From an uncultured Methanosarcinaceae archaeon (GTDB taxonomy: Archaea > Halobacteriota > Methanosarcinia > Methanosarcinales > Methanosarcinaceae), in contig CAWJYV010000010.1 in assembly GCA_963847185.1 (NCBI GenBank), positions 320,001 to 384,000 on the forward strand: a DNA stretch of 64,000 nt. The letters run 5' to 3'. The notes beneath the pieces are model-generated. The model saw nothing but the letters and a program-made list of their open reading frames with translations. It ran no database searches and was not told the DNA's origin. A program made the translations under genes and the position numbers. This document shows, piece by piece, positions 20,475 to 32,767 of the stretch (position 1 is its first letter; every line of letters begins with the position of its first letter).

Positions 20475-20893
20475 ATTTTATTTGGAAGGTGAAGTATATA
20501 TATATATTTTTAGTAGAATAACACATAATAATGTTGGATAAAAAGTCGATTAATAGGCAACGATCTTAGCTTTAAATTCCAGGTTAAATACCTGAATTCA
20601 ACCCTAAATTCAATATCAATAGACATCAATAAGCCTGGGGATTTAATGGACAAGCAATATATCAATAGTAGATCAGTAACATATCAGTAATAGATAAATG
20701 AGAGGTAACAAAAGATAATAACAGCTAAATGATAATAAATAATAGATAAATATCAGATAAATAACATACATTAAAATAATCACGAGCAAATAATAAAAAA
20801 CAGATAAACAACGTTAAAATAACAAATAAATCACAAATAATAATGTCAAATAACAGATGAATTTTCGATTCTTCATCAATCTTTACCCAAAGT

Positions 20894-22588
20894 TCAGCTT
20901 CCAGACTTTTTCAAATTGAGAACTGCATACTGCCTGCTTCCGGTCCTGTAGATGGTAATTCCTTTAAGCTCCTGCCTCCAGGCATAAATTAAAGCCTGTT
21001 TGATATCATCTTTTTTTACAGATTCCGGCATATTGATTGTTTTAGAGATTCCGGCATGACAATAGCGTTGGAATGCAGCCTGAATATCAATACTAACTTT
21101 CCAATCGACATCAAGCGCAGACTTGAAGATCTTCTTTTCTTCTTCAGTTACGATTTTCGAATTCTCGACGTTCTGCAGGGTGCCGTGAGTATATACATGG
21201 TTGAGGAGCCAGAAATAGTCTGTTTCGGAAAGCTTTGGCAGGAAATGTGCCTCAAAAAGCGGATGGACAAGCATAAATTCCTTTTCCACTGCCTGCGTTC
21301 TTTTGTACACCCAGCTGAAAACAGGTTCAATCCCCGCAGAACAGCCGGCAAGAATGCTGATCGTGCCGGTTGGGGCAACTGCAGTCAACGTGGCATTTCT
21401 CATTGGAAGTTCCCATGTAGAATCATCAGATTCCGGAAAAGATCCCTTTTCTGCCGCAAGTCTTCTTGACTCCCTGACCGCAGCCCAGCTAATTTGCTCC
21501 ATAATTTTTCCCGCGAGTTCCAGAGCTTCAGGAGAATCATAGGGAAGCCTGAGCTTCAGAAGCAGATCGTGAAAACCCATTACTCCAAGCCCGATCTTCC
21601 GGGTCTTCTTTGTCGATGCTTCAATTTTAGGAATCGGAAATACGTTATTATCAATCTCATTGTCCAGGAATCGGACAGCTTTTCCTGCCACTTCCCTGAG
21701 AAAATCCCAGTTTACTTTTCCCTCTGTAACAAAAAAGGAAAGATTTATGCTGCCCAGGTTACAGGACTCAAAAGACAGGAGCGGTTCTTCTCCACAGGGA
21801 TTTGTGGTAGAAATCTCCCCAAGTGCAGGCGTGAAGTTGTCTCTGTTTATACGGTCATAAAAAAGGATGCCTGGTTCACCGTTTCTCCAGATGCTTTCGA
21901 CAATTTCGGAAAAGATGCCGCCAACTGTCATGCCTGTTTGTTTATTCCAGATTTCATCGGTCTGATCCAAGTCCATAAGTTCCATAAAGGCATCTGGAAC
22001 CATAACCGAGAGATTAAAATTATTGAATTTTCCTTCCACTTTTTTTGCCCTGATGAAAGAAACAATGTCATTGTGTGAAATATCGAGGATGCCCATATTG
22101 GCACCTCTACGCTTCCCAAATTGTTTCACGACCTCAGTTGCCTCATTATAAAGTTTTATGACAGCTAGAGGGCCGCTGGAAATACCATCTGAATCCGGAG
22201 AATGAGAAACGTCAGGGTGTACTTTTGAAAAATTGAAACCTGTACCACCCCCGGTTTTCTGGATCAGGGCTGCAGTCTTGAGGGTATCAAAAATCTCTTC
22301 TATACTATTCTCTACTGGAAGCACAAAGCAGGCTGAGAGCTGCCCGTTCTCTGTGCCTGCGTTCATTAGCGTGGGCGAGTTCGGAAGAAAAATTTTCCTG
22401 ACCATCAGGTCCTTGAATTCCAGATATTCTTCTTTAGTTATTGCAATTGCCTGTGCAACTCTTTCACAGATATCTTCCCAATCCTTTTCCCCTTCTTGCA
22501 GATATCTGGCTTTAAGGGTTTCACTAATCAGAGCGCCCCATCCTTCTTCTGTTTCCCACACAAAAATCTCTTCTCCAGGAATATTCAA
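20894..22588 (-). CDS. nrdJ: Class II (adenosylcobalamin-dependent) ribonucleotide reductase
   Basis: FLPNSPTLMNAG, LSACFV, GGGTGFNFS, TNPCGEEPL, SCNLGSINL, APTGTIS, ISKTIN, KGITIYR. Confidence 0.92.
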   Translation of the reverse strand: MNIPGEEIFVWETEEGWGALISETLKARYLQEGEKDWEDICERVAQAIAITKEEYLEFKDLMVRKIFLPNSPTLMNAGTENGQLSACFVLPVENSIEEIFDTLKTAALIQKTGGGTGFNFSKVHPDVSHSPDSDGISSGPLAVIKLYNEATEVVKQFGKRRGANMGILDISHNDIVSFIRAKKVEGKFNNFNLSVMVPDAFMELMDLDQTDEIWNKQTGMTVGGIFSEIVESIWRNGEPGILFYDRINRDNFTPALGEISTTNPCGEEPLLSFESCNLGSINLSFFVTEGKVNWDFLREVAGKAVRFLDNEIDNNVFPIPKIEASTKKTRKIGLGVMGFHDLLLKLRLPYDSPEALELAGKIMEQISWAAVRESRRLAAEKGSFPESDDSTWELPMRNATLTAVAPTGTISILAGCSAGIEPVFSWVYKRTQAVEKEFMLVHPLFEAHFLPKLSETDYFWLLNHVYTHGTLQNVENSKIVTEEEKKIFKSALDVDWKVSIDIQAAFQRYCHAGISKTINMPESVKKDDIKQALIYAWRQELKGITIYRTGSRQYAVLNLKKSGS

Positions 22589-22827
22589 CAGGTTTCAGCT
22601 TTTGTTAAAAGAAGCTATATTTCATGTTAATTTACGCTAAACGGTAATATAATAACATAACATAATAAGGCATATCAGAAGGTTTTAAAATATGGAAATA
22701 TGCGTGCGGAAAAGCTAATATATAGTTGAGTGGTTCGACGTAATAAATCCAGTGAAAATACAATTCGCACATACTTAAATTCAATATAAGCTTAACCGAA
22801 TTTATAGGAAAGACTCCTGAGTAACTA

Positions 22828-23082
22828 ATGGACGAAGCGGAATTACACACGGGAAGAAGTCAACGGGAAGCGCCAAATGTTCTTTCCGGATGGACCTGTC
22901 CCTCAAAAACCTGTGGTTATATCATCAAGGACTTTGTGGAGAGGAAGATGAAGAAGAAAATAAACCCTTTTAAAATTACAATAAAACCGTTCACTCTAAT
23001 TTTTTGGTCTGCGGTGGTTGTGATCCTGGCCGTTCTCGGGCTGCTATTAAAACGGAATAAGACAAGTCCGAGAAAAAAATAA
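22828..23082 (+). CDS. Possible small membrane protein
   Basis: ATG-started 84-aa ORF with a C-terminal hydrophobic helix and basic tail. No family recognised. Confidence 0.35.
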   Translation: MDEAELHTGRSQREAPNVLSGWTCPSKTCGYIIKDFVERKMKKKINPFKITIKPFTLIFWSAVVVILAVLGLLLKRNKTSPRKK

Positions 23083-23359
23083 ATTCTTTTATTTTCTAAA
23101 AGTAGAGAATATGACAGGCCGACAAATGGGAGTTTTTCTAGTAGGGGTCTTTGTGATAAACAATTTGATTTAAGGAGGTAAATTTCTTGTGTCTGGAATG
23201 GAACAATCGACCTGTCAGATTATCATAGGAATATATCTATAAAAATGTTCTGATAATTATGATTCAGTAACTATTTTACTGATAGTCTAATTAGAGAATT
23301 CTTTTTTAAAAAAGAGTATTTCGTTTTTGTAGCTAAAAAACTTCGGTTAAAAGAATCCT

Positions 23360-23596
23360 TTAAACCTTAACAGTGGAGATGGCTACTTCCAGGAGTGTGA
23401 ACCCTACAATCTCTTCTTCCGGAATACCTGCAATTAGCCTGGCAAAGTTTTTATTTACTCCAGGATAGATTCCATTTTTATCTTTATGACAAACAGGATT
23501 GAACATTGTATTGAGCATACTTTTTACAAAACAACAATTATCACAAGATAGGGACTCATTTTTTGAGCTGTTCGGGCTTTTTTGGAACTCTTTCAT
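23360..23596 (-). pseudogene. PAS-domain fragment (truncated sensor protein)
   Basis: MLNTMFNPVCHKDKNGIYPGVNKNFARLIAGIPEEEIVG resembles a PAS N-terminal half (P.F.KD..G.Y...N..F....G...EEI.G), then ends. Confidence 0.6.
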
Positions 23597-23948
23597 ACCC
23601 CTTTAACCTCTAATTTTTTAAGTTAAGTTTTCCGGAATTACAATTGCTCAGGTGACGAAAACAATAGCTATAGAAGTAATTAAGATATCTACGGAGTAAT
23701 AAACATATTTATTATTGACTGTTTCAATATCCTATTATAAACTTGAAATAATATTACATAACAAGCATTATAATGATAAGGAGACATAAATTGTCTACCT
23801 TCCTTTTACTTGTTATTAGTGTCTCCTTATCACCTAGAAGATAAACTGTTAGTCTTTCCTCGGAAATTAAAAAAGAATAAGAAAAGCCGGGAAAAGAAGT
23901 CAGAGAAGCTGGGAACCTCTGAAAGAAGTAAAGTAAAAACAAAGAGTT

Positions 23949-24137
23949 TTAATTTGCAAGAATAAGGGCTTCACTACGTGAAAAATTGATCTCTTTAATT
24001 GATCCTTCAACAGTCATTTTATCCCCTAAAATTCCGGTCAGATGGACAGAGTTGCCTTCAACAAGGATCTTTGCCACGGAATCCATAATCCTTTCACGTT
24101 TGTCTCCACGAAGCAAAATAGCATTTATTTCACACAT
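23949..24137 (-). CDS. CooT-family nickel-binding protein
   Basis: N-terminal MCE, IMDSV, ILGD...GSIKEINF. 62 aa. Confidence 0.85.
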   Translation of the reverse strand: MCEINAILLRGDKRERIMDSVAKILVEGNSVHLTGILGDKMTVEGSIKEINFSRSEALILAN

Positions 24138-24351
24138 CTTCCATTCTCCTTAAAATTCTTCAAACATTTAGACTTATTTAAATCTGTTCGAATCGGTTTA
24201 ATTAACCAAAATCCATTATAATGGAGACCCATTATAATTGGCTTAATTAATTAAGCTAATTTTATACCTTCTATTTCTTTAAACTATTAGTAACCCGGAT
24301 CAATAAAAAGTTGCCGAAAAAGACCTATCCAAAAACTATCTGACAAAAGCT

Positions 24352-25233
24352 TCAGGGATAATTCATCAGTTTTGCAACGGACAGGCCCTGCTCGAGCCCG
24401 AGGTCCTCAGCTACGCACTCACATTTTGTAAGAAGCATGTAAGCAATAGGACCGAAGTTATGTTCTGAGAGAGTTTCATAATTAGCCATACCCTTGCTGA
24501 TGATAAGAGTTGCATCTTTCATGGATTTGAGCAGTTCAGCTGGGGCCTCCTCTATCAGGATTCCAACTGCATTTGAACCGGTAGTCAGGATACGGTCAAC
24601 CTTTTTGTCAATTTCAAACTCTTTTACCTCTTCCAGAGTTACATCTGTAAGAATTGGCCCTCCTCGAACTACAAGCGTTATTTTTCCTCCAAGTTTTTTG
24701 ATGATATCAAAAACAAGCATGTCAAAGAGAATTTCTCCACAGTTATCGGCAATATAAACAACATCCTGCAAGAGTCCAAGCATCTTAGGAGTATCATCCA
24801 CATCAAGCCCGTGCTCGAAGTATTTCAAAAAAGTAGCCTCAAATTTATCTTCACTGGCATCAAAGCCCATGATCCCGAAATCGAAGTAATTCGCAATTAC
24901 TGATGCCAGCACCGCCTTTCTGAAAAGTTCCGTGTCATTCGTATAATTTTCATAGATTTTTTCTTTTGCTGCAGGCAGGACTTTCATTGCAGCCTGGTTG
25001 ATGAGCTTCTTTGTTACCGCATAAGGATCGTTGTTTTCCAGGACTTCGTAGCATTTCCTGTGAATTTTAGTGGCTATTGAGGCAGATACTGCTTCAGGGC
25101 TGTAATGTTTATTCATGACTCCAAGGCATTCATGGATGGTCTTGCTAATAAGATCTTCATCGTCAGTAGAAAGCTTGGCCTGAAAGTGCACTCTTGAAAG
25201 CAGGCAATAAGTACAGCGTGGGTTCATTTTCAT
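24352..25233 (-). CDS. DUF89/ARMT1-like damage-control phosphatase
   Basis: CxxC N-terminus, ANYFDFG, ADNCGEILFD, ISKGMANYETL, KCECVA. Confidence 0.92.
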   Translation of the reverse strand: MKMNPRCTYCLLSRVHFQAKLSTDDEDLISKTIHECLGVMNKHYSPEAVSASIATKIHRKCYEVLENNDPYAVTKKLINQAAMKVLPAAKEKIYENYTNDTELFRKAVLASVIANYFDFGIMGFDASEDKFEATFLKYFEHGLDVDDTPKMLGLLQDVVYIADNCGEILFDMLVFDIIKKLGGKITLVVRGGPILTDVTLEEVKEFEIDKKVDRILTTGSNAVGILIEEAPAELLKSMKDATLIISKGMANYETLSEHNFGPIAYMLLTKCECVAEDLGLEQGLSVAKLMNYP

Positions 25234-25545
25234 ATGAATATTTCCTATTTTCTGATCCGGGAATAATTTTTGCCAGAATTCTAGGTATTGCGGCAAATCT
25301 TATAGAATTAACTCTTTCGAACTCTTCCTGATAGAATAAGGCTTAAGATAGAATAATGATTTAAAAATTTAACCTAAAAGCAAAAAAACGTAGAAAAGAT
25401 CCAGAATGGGAAACTTAAATAAATCTCCTCATTTTGGAATAATTTGATCAAGTCAAGTAAAACAATATGCTTTAATAAGTATGCTTTCAACGAGAATTAG
25501 CTTAAAAAGGTAAATTCTTTATAGCTTAAAGTAAAATTATTTATA

Positions 25546-27092
25546 ATGATGTCTACAGCCACAGGTTTAAGCCTTGTTTCAAACAGAAATTTAAAGCTCT
25601 TCTCATCCTTGTTTTTTCTTTCGATATTATTTTTCGTTTCAACATTTTCATTACCTGCTTTTGCACTTACTGAAATGGAGATAAATCCTGTTAATACGCC
25701 TGAAGGTGCAGTCGTACTAATTGTGGACGGACTCAGCGCTCCTTTTATCTATCCAGAACTTACCCCATATGCCCTTGACGGTACAGCTCTCGAAAAGGCC
25801 AGGCTTGAGAATATTCCGAAAATATGGAAAGAAAGTTCCCGAGTTCTTGAATTCCGCGCCCCTCAGACCTTTACAGAAGGTGGACACTCAGTCCTTGTTA
25901 CAGGAAATCCGGGTGCGGACAGTGAGCTTGTAAGTTTCAAGGATGCAACTGTTTTTGATGTTTTACATAAAGAGGGCTATCTTTGCATTGCAATTATGGA
26001 GAGATGGGGATTCCGGGTCGATCTGCGCTGAACAGGATATGATCCTCAGAGATGAAAACAACTCGATAAACAAAATGAAGATCGTGCTTGAAAAGCACGT
26101 ACATTCCTCCTAATACCGGAATACCTGAAGGACTCTTAAAGGTTCTGAAAGAGGCAGCTGATAAAGCTCCAGGATATGTAAAATCAAAAGAGACGCGGGA
26201 AAGATATAGTGGATATGATAGGTGGGGTATAGAGACTGCATGTGCGGTTGTGAAATACATGGCCGCAAATATGCCGGAACAAAAATACCTGCTCACTGTA
26301 AATGTAGGAGCTATAGATGCCAGTGGGCAACACAGAGATAACTATGGGTATATAGACTGCATAGAATGCCTTGATGCCGATCTTTCTCCCCTCTATCAGC
26401 TATGCAAGAAAAATGACCTTGCCTTTGTCCTCACAGCAGACCACGGAATGGGTTTTTCCAAAAATGATTCCAAAGGCGGGCACCAGTCCGAAAAATTCAC
26501 GGGCACCGATGAAGCGCAGCTAATTCCGCTTATAGTACATACACTGGATACGAAAAGCGGAGTTATTAGTGGGAAATACGGGCAGGAAGACTTTGCTGCA
26601 ACGCTTTTAGGGATCCTTGATATTCCGGACAGGCCGAGATTTATAGAAGGAAAGCAAATCCCCCTGACAGGACACGTAAACCTGAAAGTTCAACTCCCAG
26701 AAAAAGGATCCGTAGAACTGATTAAGAGTGAAAAACTGCTCACTTCCTCTCAAAATGATGATCAGTTCCTTTTCCTGGGGCTTGAGCCGGAAAATGAGTA
26801 TACGGTCAGGGCTACTCTTGATTCCGGAAAAAGCCTTGAAGAGCAGGAAAAAGTGGTTCTTCTTGAAACCGATTCAGTGATGGAATTCATGGAAAAAGGG
26901 CAGAAAGACCTGGAGAATACAAAATTTAACATTGACCCTAAAAACTCCTCCGAAGAAAAGTCCACTTCTACAGCAGGTTTCTTTAAAGGGACTTCAAGCT
27001 CAAGTTCCGGACATCTGGTAGCCTATGTCCTGATAGGATTGGTCAATGTTATAGGAATTTTGCTTATTGCAAAGATAATGAGAAAGAAATGA
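25546..27092 (+). pseudogene. Membrane-anchored alkaline-phosphatase-superfamily metalloenzyme with two frameshifts (about 26005 and 26095)
   Basis: Signal peptide, VLIVDGL, IDASGQH, LTADHG, C-terminal TM plus RKK. The two ORFs are bridged by a third-frame segment GDSGSICAEQDMILRDENNS. Confidence 0.8.
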
Positions 27093-27201
27093 ATGAGATA
27101 GATTAAGAAGAAGTGAATGGATAAATCAAGAAGAAATGAATGGATAACTAAAATATGCTAAAAGACGATGAAAGTCAATAAATCAGGATCTGAATGACAG
27201 G

Positions 27202-27468
27202 TTATACGTTTCCTGTGGCTTCTTTAAAAGTGACATCAACATCTTCCACGTAAGCAAAAGCAGGTCCTTTCCAGAGCTCGTTTATTAGGAGTTCTATGGC
27301 TTCTCTCCCGCCTTCAACGACAACGAAAACCCTTCCGTCCCTGAGGTTTACAGGGTTGCAGTCTACACCAAAACGCTCTGCAGCGTTTCTTACAAACCTT
27401 CGAAATCCTACCCCCTGTACCCTTCCTGATACGTGGATTTCTGCCCGCACAGTTTCTCCAGAGTTCAC
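27202..27468 (-). CDS. acyP: Acylphosphatase
   Basis: VSGRVQGVGFR, NLRDGRV, GPAFAYV. Confidence 0.95.
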   Translation of the reverse strand: MNSGETVRAEIHVSGRVQGVGFRRFVRNAAERFGVDCNPVNLRDGRVFVVVEGGREAIELLINELWKGPAFAYVEDVDVTFKEATGNV

Positions 27469-28089
27469 ATCTGGCTATTTTGAATAACCCCAATATATAT
27501 TTATGGTTATTTCCGCTGGCAAACTTAAAATGAAAGTAGCTTTCAGAATAAGAGAAAGATGTTATGGATCAAGGTAAATAGAGAAAGTTTTCCGTAACAT
27601 TATATTTATTATTTAATTATGAATGTTTGGATGCATCCTGTTTTTAATGTCAAAATAAAATCTGATAAGTAATTTTTAAAAGGACATCTACCTGTCTAGA
27701 ATCTAAGTGGTAAGTAAAATATTTTTACCTTAGTGTTGAGGCTCTGTATGAGGTGTAAGAAATCTATCCAGCCTGTCCTTTATCCGTAACAAGAAATTCA
27801 GCTGTTTCTGTGTCTTGCTCCTCACAACTGTGGATTTTTTAAGGATTTCTCAAATCCGCTCAAGTTCGATTGGACTTTTAATTTTTCATATAAGTCTGGA
27901 ATGTTTTACTACGTATTAATTAAGTAACCGTTATATTGGTAAAAGACCATTTACTGAAAAACCTAAACATAATTATTCTTTAATATATTTATAAAGAATG
28001 TTATGTGTTTATATTCTCATATCAGATTAAAAATTCATCGTCAAGATTTTTTAATACTGGAGTACATAAATTGAAGTAGGGGCATAAAA

Positions 28090-29535
28090 ATGAACGGAAA
28101 ATATCTTAGTTATGTAGGGCAAAAAGGGAAAAAAACAGTATTTTTCATTCTTCTGGTTGCACTGGATATATTTATTGTTTACATCCTTATACAATCTATC
28201 TCTCCACTTACACCGTCAAATGAGACTGTGTATGTAGCGGGCGATGGAAGTGAAAACTTTACCTGCGATGGAAGTAATGACCAAGTAGAGATAAATCAAG
28301 CTCTCGCATATGTTGCAGAAAATCCGCAGCTCACGACAGTTTATTTGAAAGGTCCAAATACATACTTTATTTCAGATAGTATTTTCATTGGAAATAACAC
28401 GACCCTGGAAGGCGATCCTACAGCCGTAATTAAACTAATAGACAATGCAGATTGGCCAGTGTTTAAGCCCCTTATAACGCAGATTAACAGCACCGGAATC
28501 CATGGAGTAACTATAAAAGGATTCGAAATCGACGGAAATCATGACAATAATCTGGATAAAAAGAGGGGATACGGATATTACAATATGATCCATTTCCGTA
28601 ATTCTGGGGACATTCAAGTTCATGATATGTACATGCACGATGGGCATGGAGAAGGGATGAAAGTAGACCGCAGTGACAATATTAAGTTTTACAATAACAG
28701 TATATATAAAACGGGGCATAACGGTCTTTTTGCTGAAGATAGCCAGAATGTAGAAGCCTGGAATAATAAAATAACCGTCAGAACTGACTCTGGTCTTAGA
28801 TCAAGGAATTGCAACCATGTAAAAATACATGATAATGAAATTGACTCCTTTTACCACTGGAGTGCAGGCGGCTCTGGAATTCTGATAGAGAAAACGACAG
28901 GTATCGTCAATGACGTGAAGGTATTCAATAATACTATCCAGAATACTTATGGATCTGGAATCTGGTTGATAGGTTGTTTTCAGTTATATCCAAAGGAAGA
29001 CGCACAGAATGTCCACATTTATAATAATATCTTTCATAATACTGGTACAAACCCAAGTATTGATTGGGCAGGAGGGATTGTAACAAGTGGATTTTACGAC
29101 ACTCTCATCGAAAACAATACCTTTGACGGGGTGCGTCATGGAGCAATTATTCAGATGTATCCTACAGGCGGCACTCACATTTATCCGACATATAATAATT
29201 CAGGTCACATTGACCTTTCACCTAAAGGTACAGGATACACAACAATTGTCCGCAATAATATTATTGCAAATACCAAACAACGTACGAAAGATCCTGATGG
29301 AACAGGATACGGAGCAATTAATTATCTGCCAGAAACACATACTATCCTAATGGAGAATAACTGTCTGTACAATAACTATGCAGGTAACTATGTAAATTGT
29401 TCGTCAACAACTGACGTCTATATGGATCCTCATTATTTAAACCAGAGCATTGGCGCCGGATATTTTTCAGAAGAAATCCCAAAAAATATTAACCAAACAA
29501 GTGTAAACTCCATCTTTAGACGAAGTTGCTCATAA
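28090..29535 (+). CDS. Membrane-anchored right-handed beta-helix protein (disaggregatase-related)
   Basis: N-terminal TM, VYVAGDGS...CDGSNDQVEINQAL, Asn-ladder PbH1 repeats. Confidence 0.85.
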   Translation: MNGKYLSYVGQKGKKTVFFILLVALDIFIVYILIQSISPLTPSNETVYVAGDGSENFTCDGSNDQVEINQALAYVAENPQLTTVYLKGPNTYFISDSIFIGNNTTLEGDPTAVIKLIDNADWPVFKPLITQINSTGIHGVTIKGFEIDGNHDNNLDKKRGYGYYNMIHFRNSGDIQVHDMYMHDGHGEGMKVDRSDNIKFYNNSIYKTGHNGLFAEDSQNVEAWNNKITVRTDSGLRSRNCNHVKIHDNEIDSFYHWSAGGSGILIEKTTGIVNDVKVFNNTIQNTYGSGIWLIGCFQLYPKEDAQNVHIYNNIFHNTGTNPSIDWAGGIVTSGFYDTLIENNTFDGVRHGAIIQMYPTGGTHIYPTYNNSGHIDLSPKGTGYTTIVRNNIIANTKQRTKDPDGTGYGAINYLPETHTILMENNCLYNNYAGNYVNCSSTTDVYMDPHYLNQSIGAGYFSEEIPKNINQTSVNSIFRRSCS

Positions 29536-30052
29536 AACACCTGCGGTTGTATTAATCTGTAGAGGCCTGAAACATGGCCAATTTTCTTTTTTAGATTATT
29601 TTCTTTTTTAGATTAGTTCTTTGAACAATGGGTACAATCTCCGTTCCAAGAATTTGTCCTGAGTCACATGATTGTGTTTTTCAACAAGACCATATCAATA
29701 CTGTCACAGTATTAATTACATTTGACCAGAATGTAATATGTTAGAAGAATATGATGGAAAATAAGTGAAATTCAGGGGAAGAATACTTTCTAAAAAAACA
29801 GGAAATGCTTTGATAAGGAAATGTAAAAACCAAAAATCTCTTTCCTGCCTGGTAGATACTGCAATAGGATTATAGCAGGTGTAGAGAAGTATTGTGATCT
29901 GATTCAGGCAGTTTTCTACAAAATAAGAAATATTTTTTGTAAGCTAATTTTTTAAAACTGAACAATTGTACATAAATCTATACAGATGTACAATAAAAAT
30001 TCACTACTTACAAACGTTTACTAAAAGATGGAAAAATATAAAAGAGAATATC

Positions 30053-30286
30053 TTATGATGCAATCTCAAAAGGATAAACTTCCTCCCATCTATCACCTAT
30101 AATCGAACAAATACTTCCTTCCTCTACCCTCATCTGCATTGTATCCCCTTCTAATCGGATTGTTATGAGGTCTCCATTTTCACAATAATCGCATTTAACT
30201 GGAGAAGAATCACCATAGCGTAGGAAGGCAGTACCACAGTCATACAAAACGAGATAGTTGTTTCCTGATTTGAATTTTCGTTTCAT
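30053..30286 (-). CDS. Small Cys-containing hypothetical protein (possible Zn-binding)
   Basis: AGGAG RBS upstream, DCG...CDYC, 77 aa. Confidence 0.55.
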   Translation of the reverse strand: MKRKFKSGNNYLVLYDCGTAFLRYGDSSPVKCDYCENGDLITIRLEGDTMQMRVEEGSICSIIGDRWEEVYPFEIAS

Positions 30287-30507
30287 GTGAAGGATCTCCT
30301 AATAATTTCCTTCTAGAATCTCTAGACGTTATTTACAACTGTTAATGTCTTATATCTTTATTAATTTTTTTGTTTTTGTATTTTTCCTCTCTTTTTATGC
30401 CTGGAATAGATTTTCACGGATAACTTTTAATTTAATCTTAGGACAGGAATGTATAACTCACTTTTTTGAGATCCACTTTCTGCAAACGAAGAGCTTGAAA
30501 TCAAAAT

Positions 30508-30658
30508 ACGATCGAAACACACGAACTTATAAATTATTTTTGCAGTTATTATACTTCTTTTTGGAGCAAACAAACTTCCGGAACTGGCCCTCTCCGTGAG
30601 AGGTTCAGTGGTAGGATTCAAAAAAGCCCATATTCGGTCAAAATTCTGGACTGCATAA
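30508..30658 (+). pseudogene. tatA: Degraded twin-arginine translocase TatA/E gene
   Basis: IIFAVIILLFGANKLPELALSVRGSVVGFKKA matches TatA (LLFGxxKLPELARSxG...FKK). The start appears mutated (ACG), with a frameshift and premature stop. Confidence 0.75.
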
Positions 30659-31049
30659 AAATTTGAAGGGTAATGTTTATGAACAAATACGATACAGAAA
30701 AGAAGAATTGATTAAATCATTTTTCAGGTATTTAGCATGTCTAATAATATTCAGAAACCGAAATCTCGTAGAGAGCATGATCAAATGAAGCGTGACAGAA
30801 TGAATAATCAAACATCAGTACCCGATAGAGAGGGTATAATTGAAAAATGCAAGAAACTTGTAAGAAGAAAAAACTCGGAAAATTAAGCATGTAAAACAAT
30901 TAGGTATTTTAATAACATTCAATAGATTTAACGGAATAAGGTCCTCCCGTAGCTTCTTATAACACTATTTATCCTTTTAAAATGCAGATGCAAATGGCTT
31001 ATTTGCTTCAGATTTGGGAGGATCTTTCCTGGATATGTTTATCATGGTT

Positions 31050-31530
31050 GATAGATTTGGAGCTGTCACACGCATTTTATACCTGCTAATTTTGAATGCT
31101 TTCACGTGGGCGTGACGAGATCGGCAGTCATGATACCAAAATATATCCGTTTCCTAGCTTTCCGGGTGCCCTTATCAAGTTTTGTATCAATCATTGTTGG
31201 AATGAACTCAAATACTTTTACAGTTGCGCTTTCCAGCTGCTGCCTGAGCCCAATACTAAACATATGTACCGCCCGTCTGGCCGCACAATCAAAGTTTCAC
31301 TGGCGCACCCGCAACAAGCCAGCGGGATATTCGACTGAAATAAACAGGAAGTATGTCATATGATAGGATTCAAGCTCTGAACAAACATTCATGATCGTAG
31401 CTTCTTTCTGCTTCATCAAGTCCGGGGTAAAGAGTGCTGTCATATACACGAGAGAGCTGAAGTTGATATCTCTTTCATCTCTATATCTGGCTCACCATAC
31501 CCGATAAGGCCATCAGTCCCTTTTTAACAA
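31050..31530 (-). pseudogene. Degraded short-chain dehydrogenase/reductase (DltE-like) fragment
   Basis: Minus strand reads INFSSLVYMTALFTPDLMKQKEATIMNVCS...CAARRAVHMFSIGLRQQLESATVKVFEFIPTMIDTKLD, with stops and frameshifts. Boundaries approximate. Confidence 0.7.
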
Positions 31531-31644
31531 TATACCTCGTTGTCTGCATCTCTTTGCAGGTAAGGGAAGCAGATTATAATCAAATAATTTAAATAGACAA
31601 TTAGTGTGAGTGTAATACATATGTTTATATTTAAAATTAAACAG

Positions 31645-32151
31645 ATGACTGACATGAAGACATCATTTCTATTATTGATCCTTCTTTTATTTGTGTTATC
31701 GGCTGGCTGTGCCGGGAAAGCTCAGGAACACACCATAAATTCTACAGAAACGCGGAACGAAAGCACTGTTGTGGAAGTAACCCAGCTGGATCAGATTAAT
31801 ACATCTCTTCAAAAGGGTCCTGTTCTTTTGAAAATCGGAGCTGAGTGGTGTGAAGAATGCCAAAAAATAATGCCTACCCTGGCTCAGATTGCATCAAATT
31901 ACGAAGGTAGAGCCACGGTCGTGACTGTAGACATTGACAAAAGCCCTGATCTTGCTAACTATTTCGGAATATACGTGATCCCTGACTCCTGTGTGATTGT
32001 AGGTATTGAGAATGGACAATATATCTATATGCAAGAGGATGGAAAAATCACTACCGATAGATCAAAGGCAAAGATTCTAAAACTCGAAGGTAAAGAGGTA
32101 TATGAAAACGTTCTGGATCTTACTCTCCAAAAAAAGGACTCTAAGTCTTAA
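31645..32151 (+). CDS. Thioredoxin-fold lipoprotein
   Basis: Signal peptide with lipobox LSAGC, WCEEC active site, cis-Pro motif VIP. Confidence 0.88.
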   Translation: MTDMKTSFLLLILLLFVLSAGCAGKAQEHTINSTETRNESTVVEVTQLDQINTSLQKGPVLLKIGAEWCEECQKIMPTLAQIASNYEGRATVVTVDIDKSPDLANYFGIYVIPDSCVIVGIENGQYIYMQEDGKITTDRSKAKILKLEGKEVYENVLDLTLQKKDSKS

Positions 32152-32767
32152 TAACAATAAATCGGACACCAAAAATCCATGCTTCACTTTTTGTAATTTG
32201 CTTCTGATTGCTTTACCATTTTGAAACCTTGGTATTTCTTTGATCTGGGATTTCTGCTGAATCCGGTAAATACGATCATTCTATAGATTAACTAACGCAC
32301 AGTGAGCAATAATTACATTTTTATGCCTATCTTTTCAAGGTTACTTTTTGTTGGTCTTCGACCCAACTTTAAATATATTCTTTTTTTATTACATGATCTT
32401 CTAGGGTATCTAAAACAGACTTTGTTATTTTTCCATCGGAGTTTTGAGATTCAATTTATAAAAAACCCGAAAACATACTCAGAAGATTCTGTAAAGCCAG
32501 ATAGTTGAGAAGAATCAATAAGAAATCTGGCGTAATCAAAAGCAGTACATTTAAGTGGATTTATTCCCATACAAACGTGGAGTATTTACTGGATGATATT
32601 AAAGTAAATATTATATTAATTGAAAGTAATTTGTTGAAACGTTTAAACATAATAATTCCTAACTGAATTTATTAATACAAGAGAGCATTTAGATTATTGT
32701 TTATTATTAAAAATTGGCCCTCAAGACATTCTCAAGACTGAGATATATCATTAAAAGCTGGGGTAAA

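Noticed and set aside
27730-27880. Possible wHTH gene relic on the minus strand (…EFLVTDKG…)
   Set aside because: Too short and interrupted to support a call by eye.
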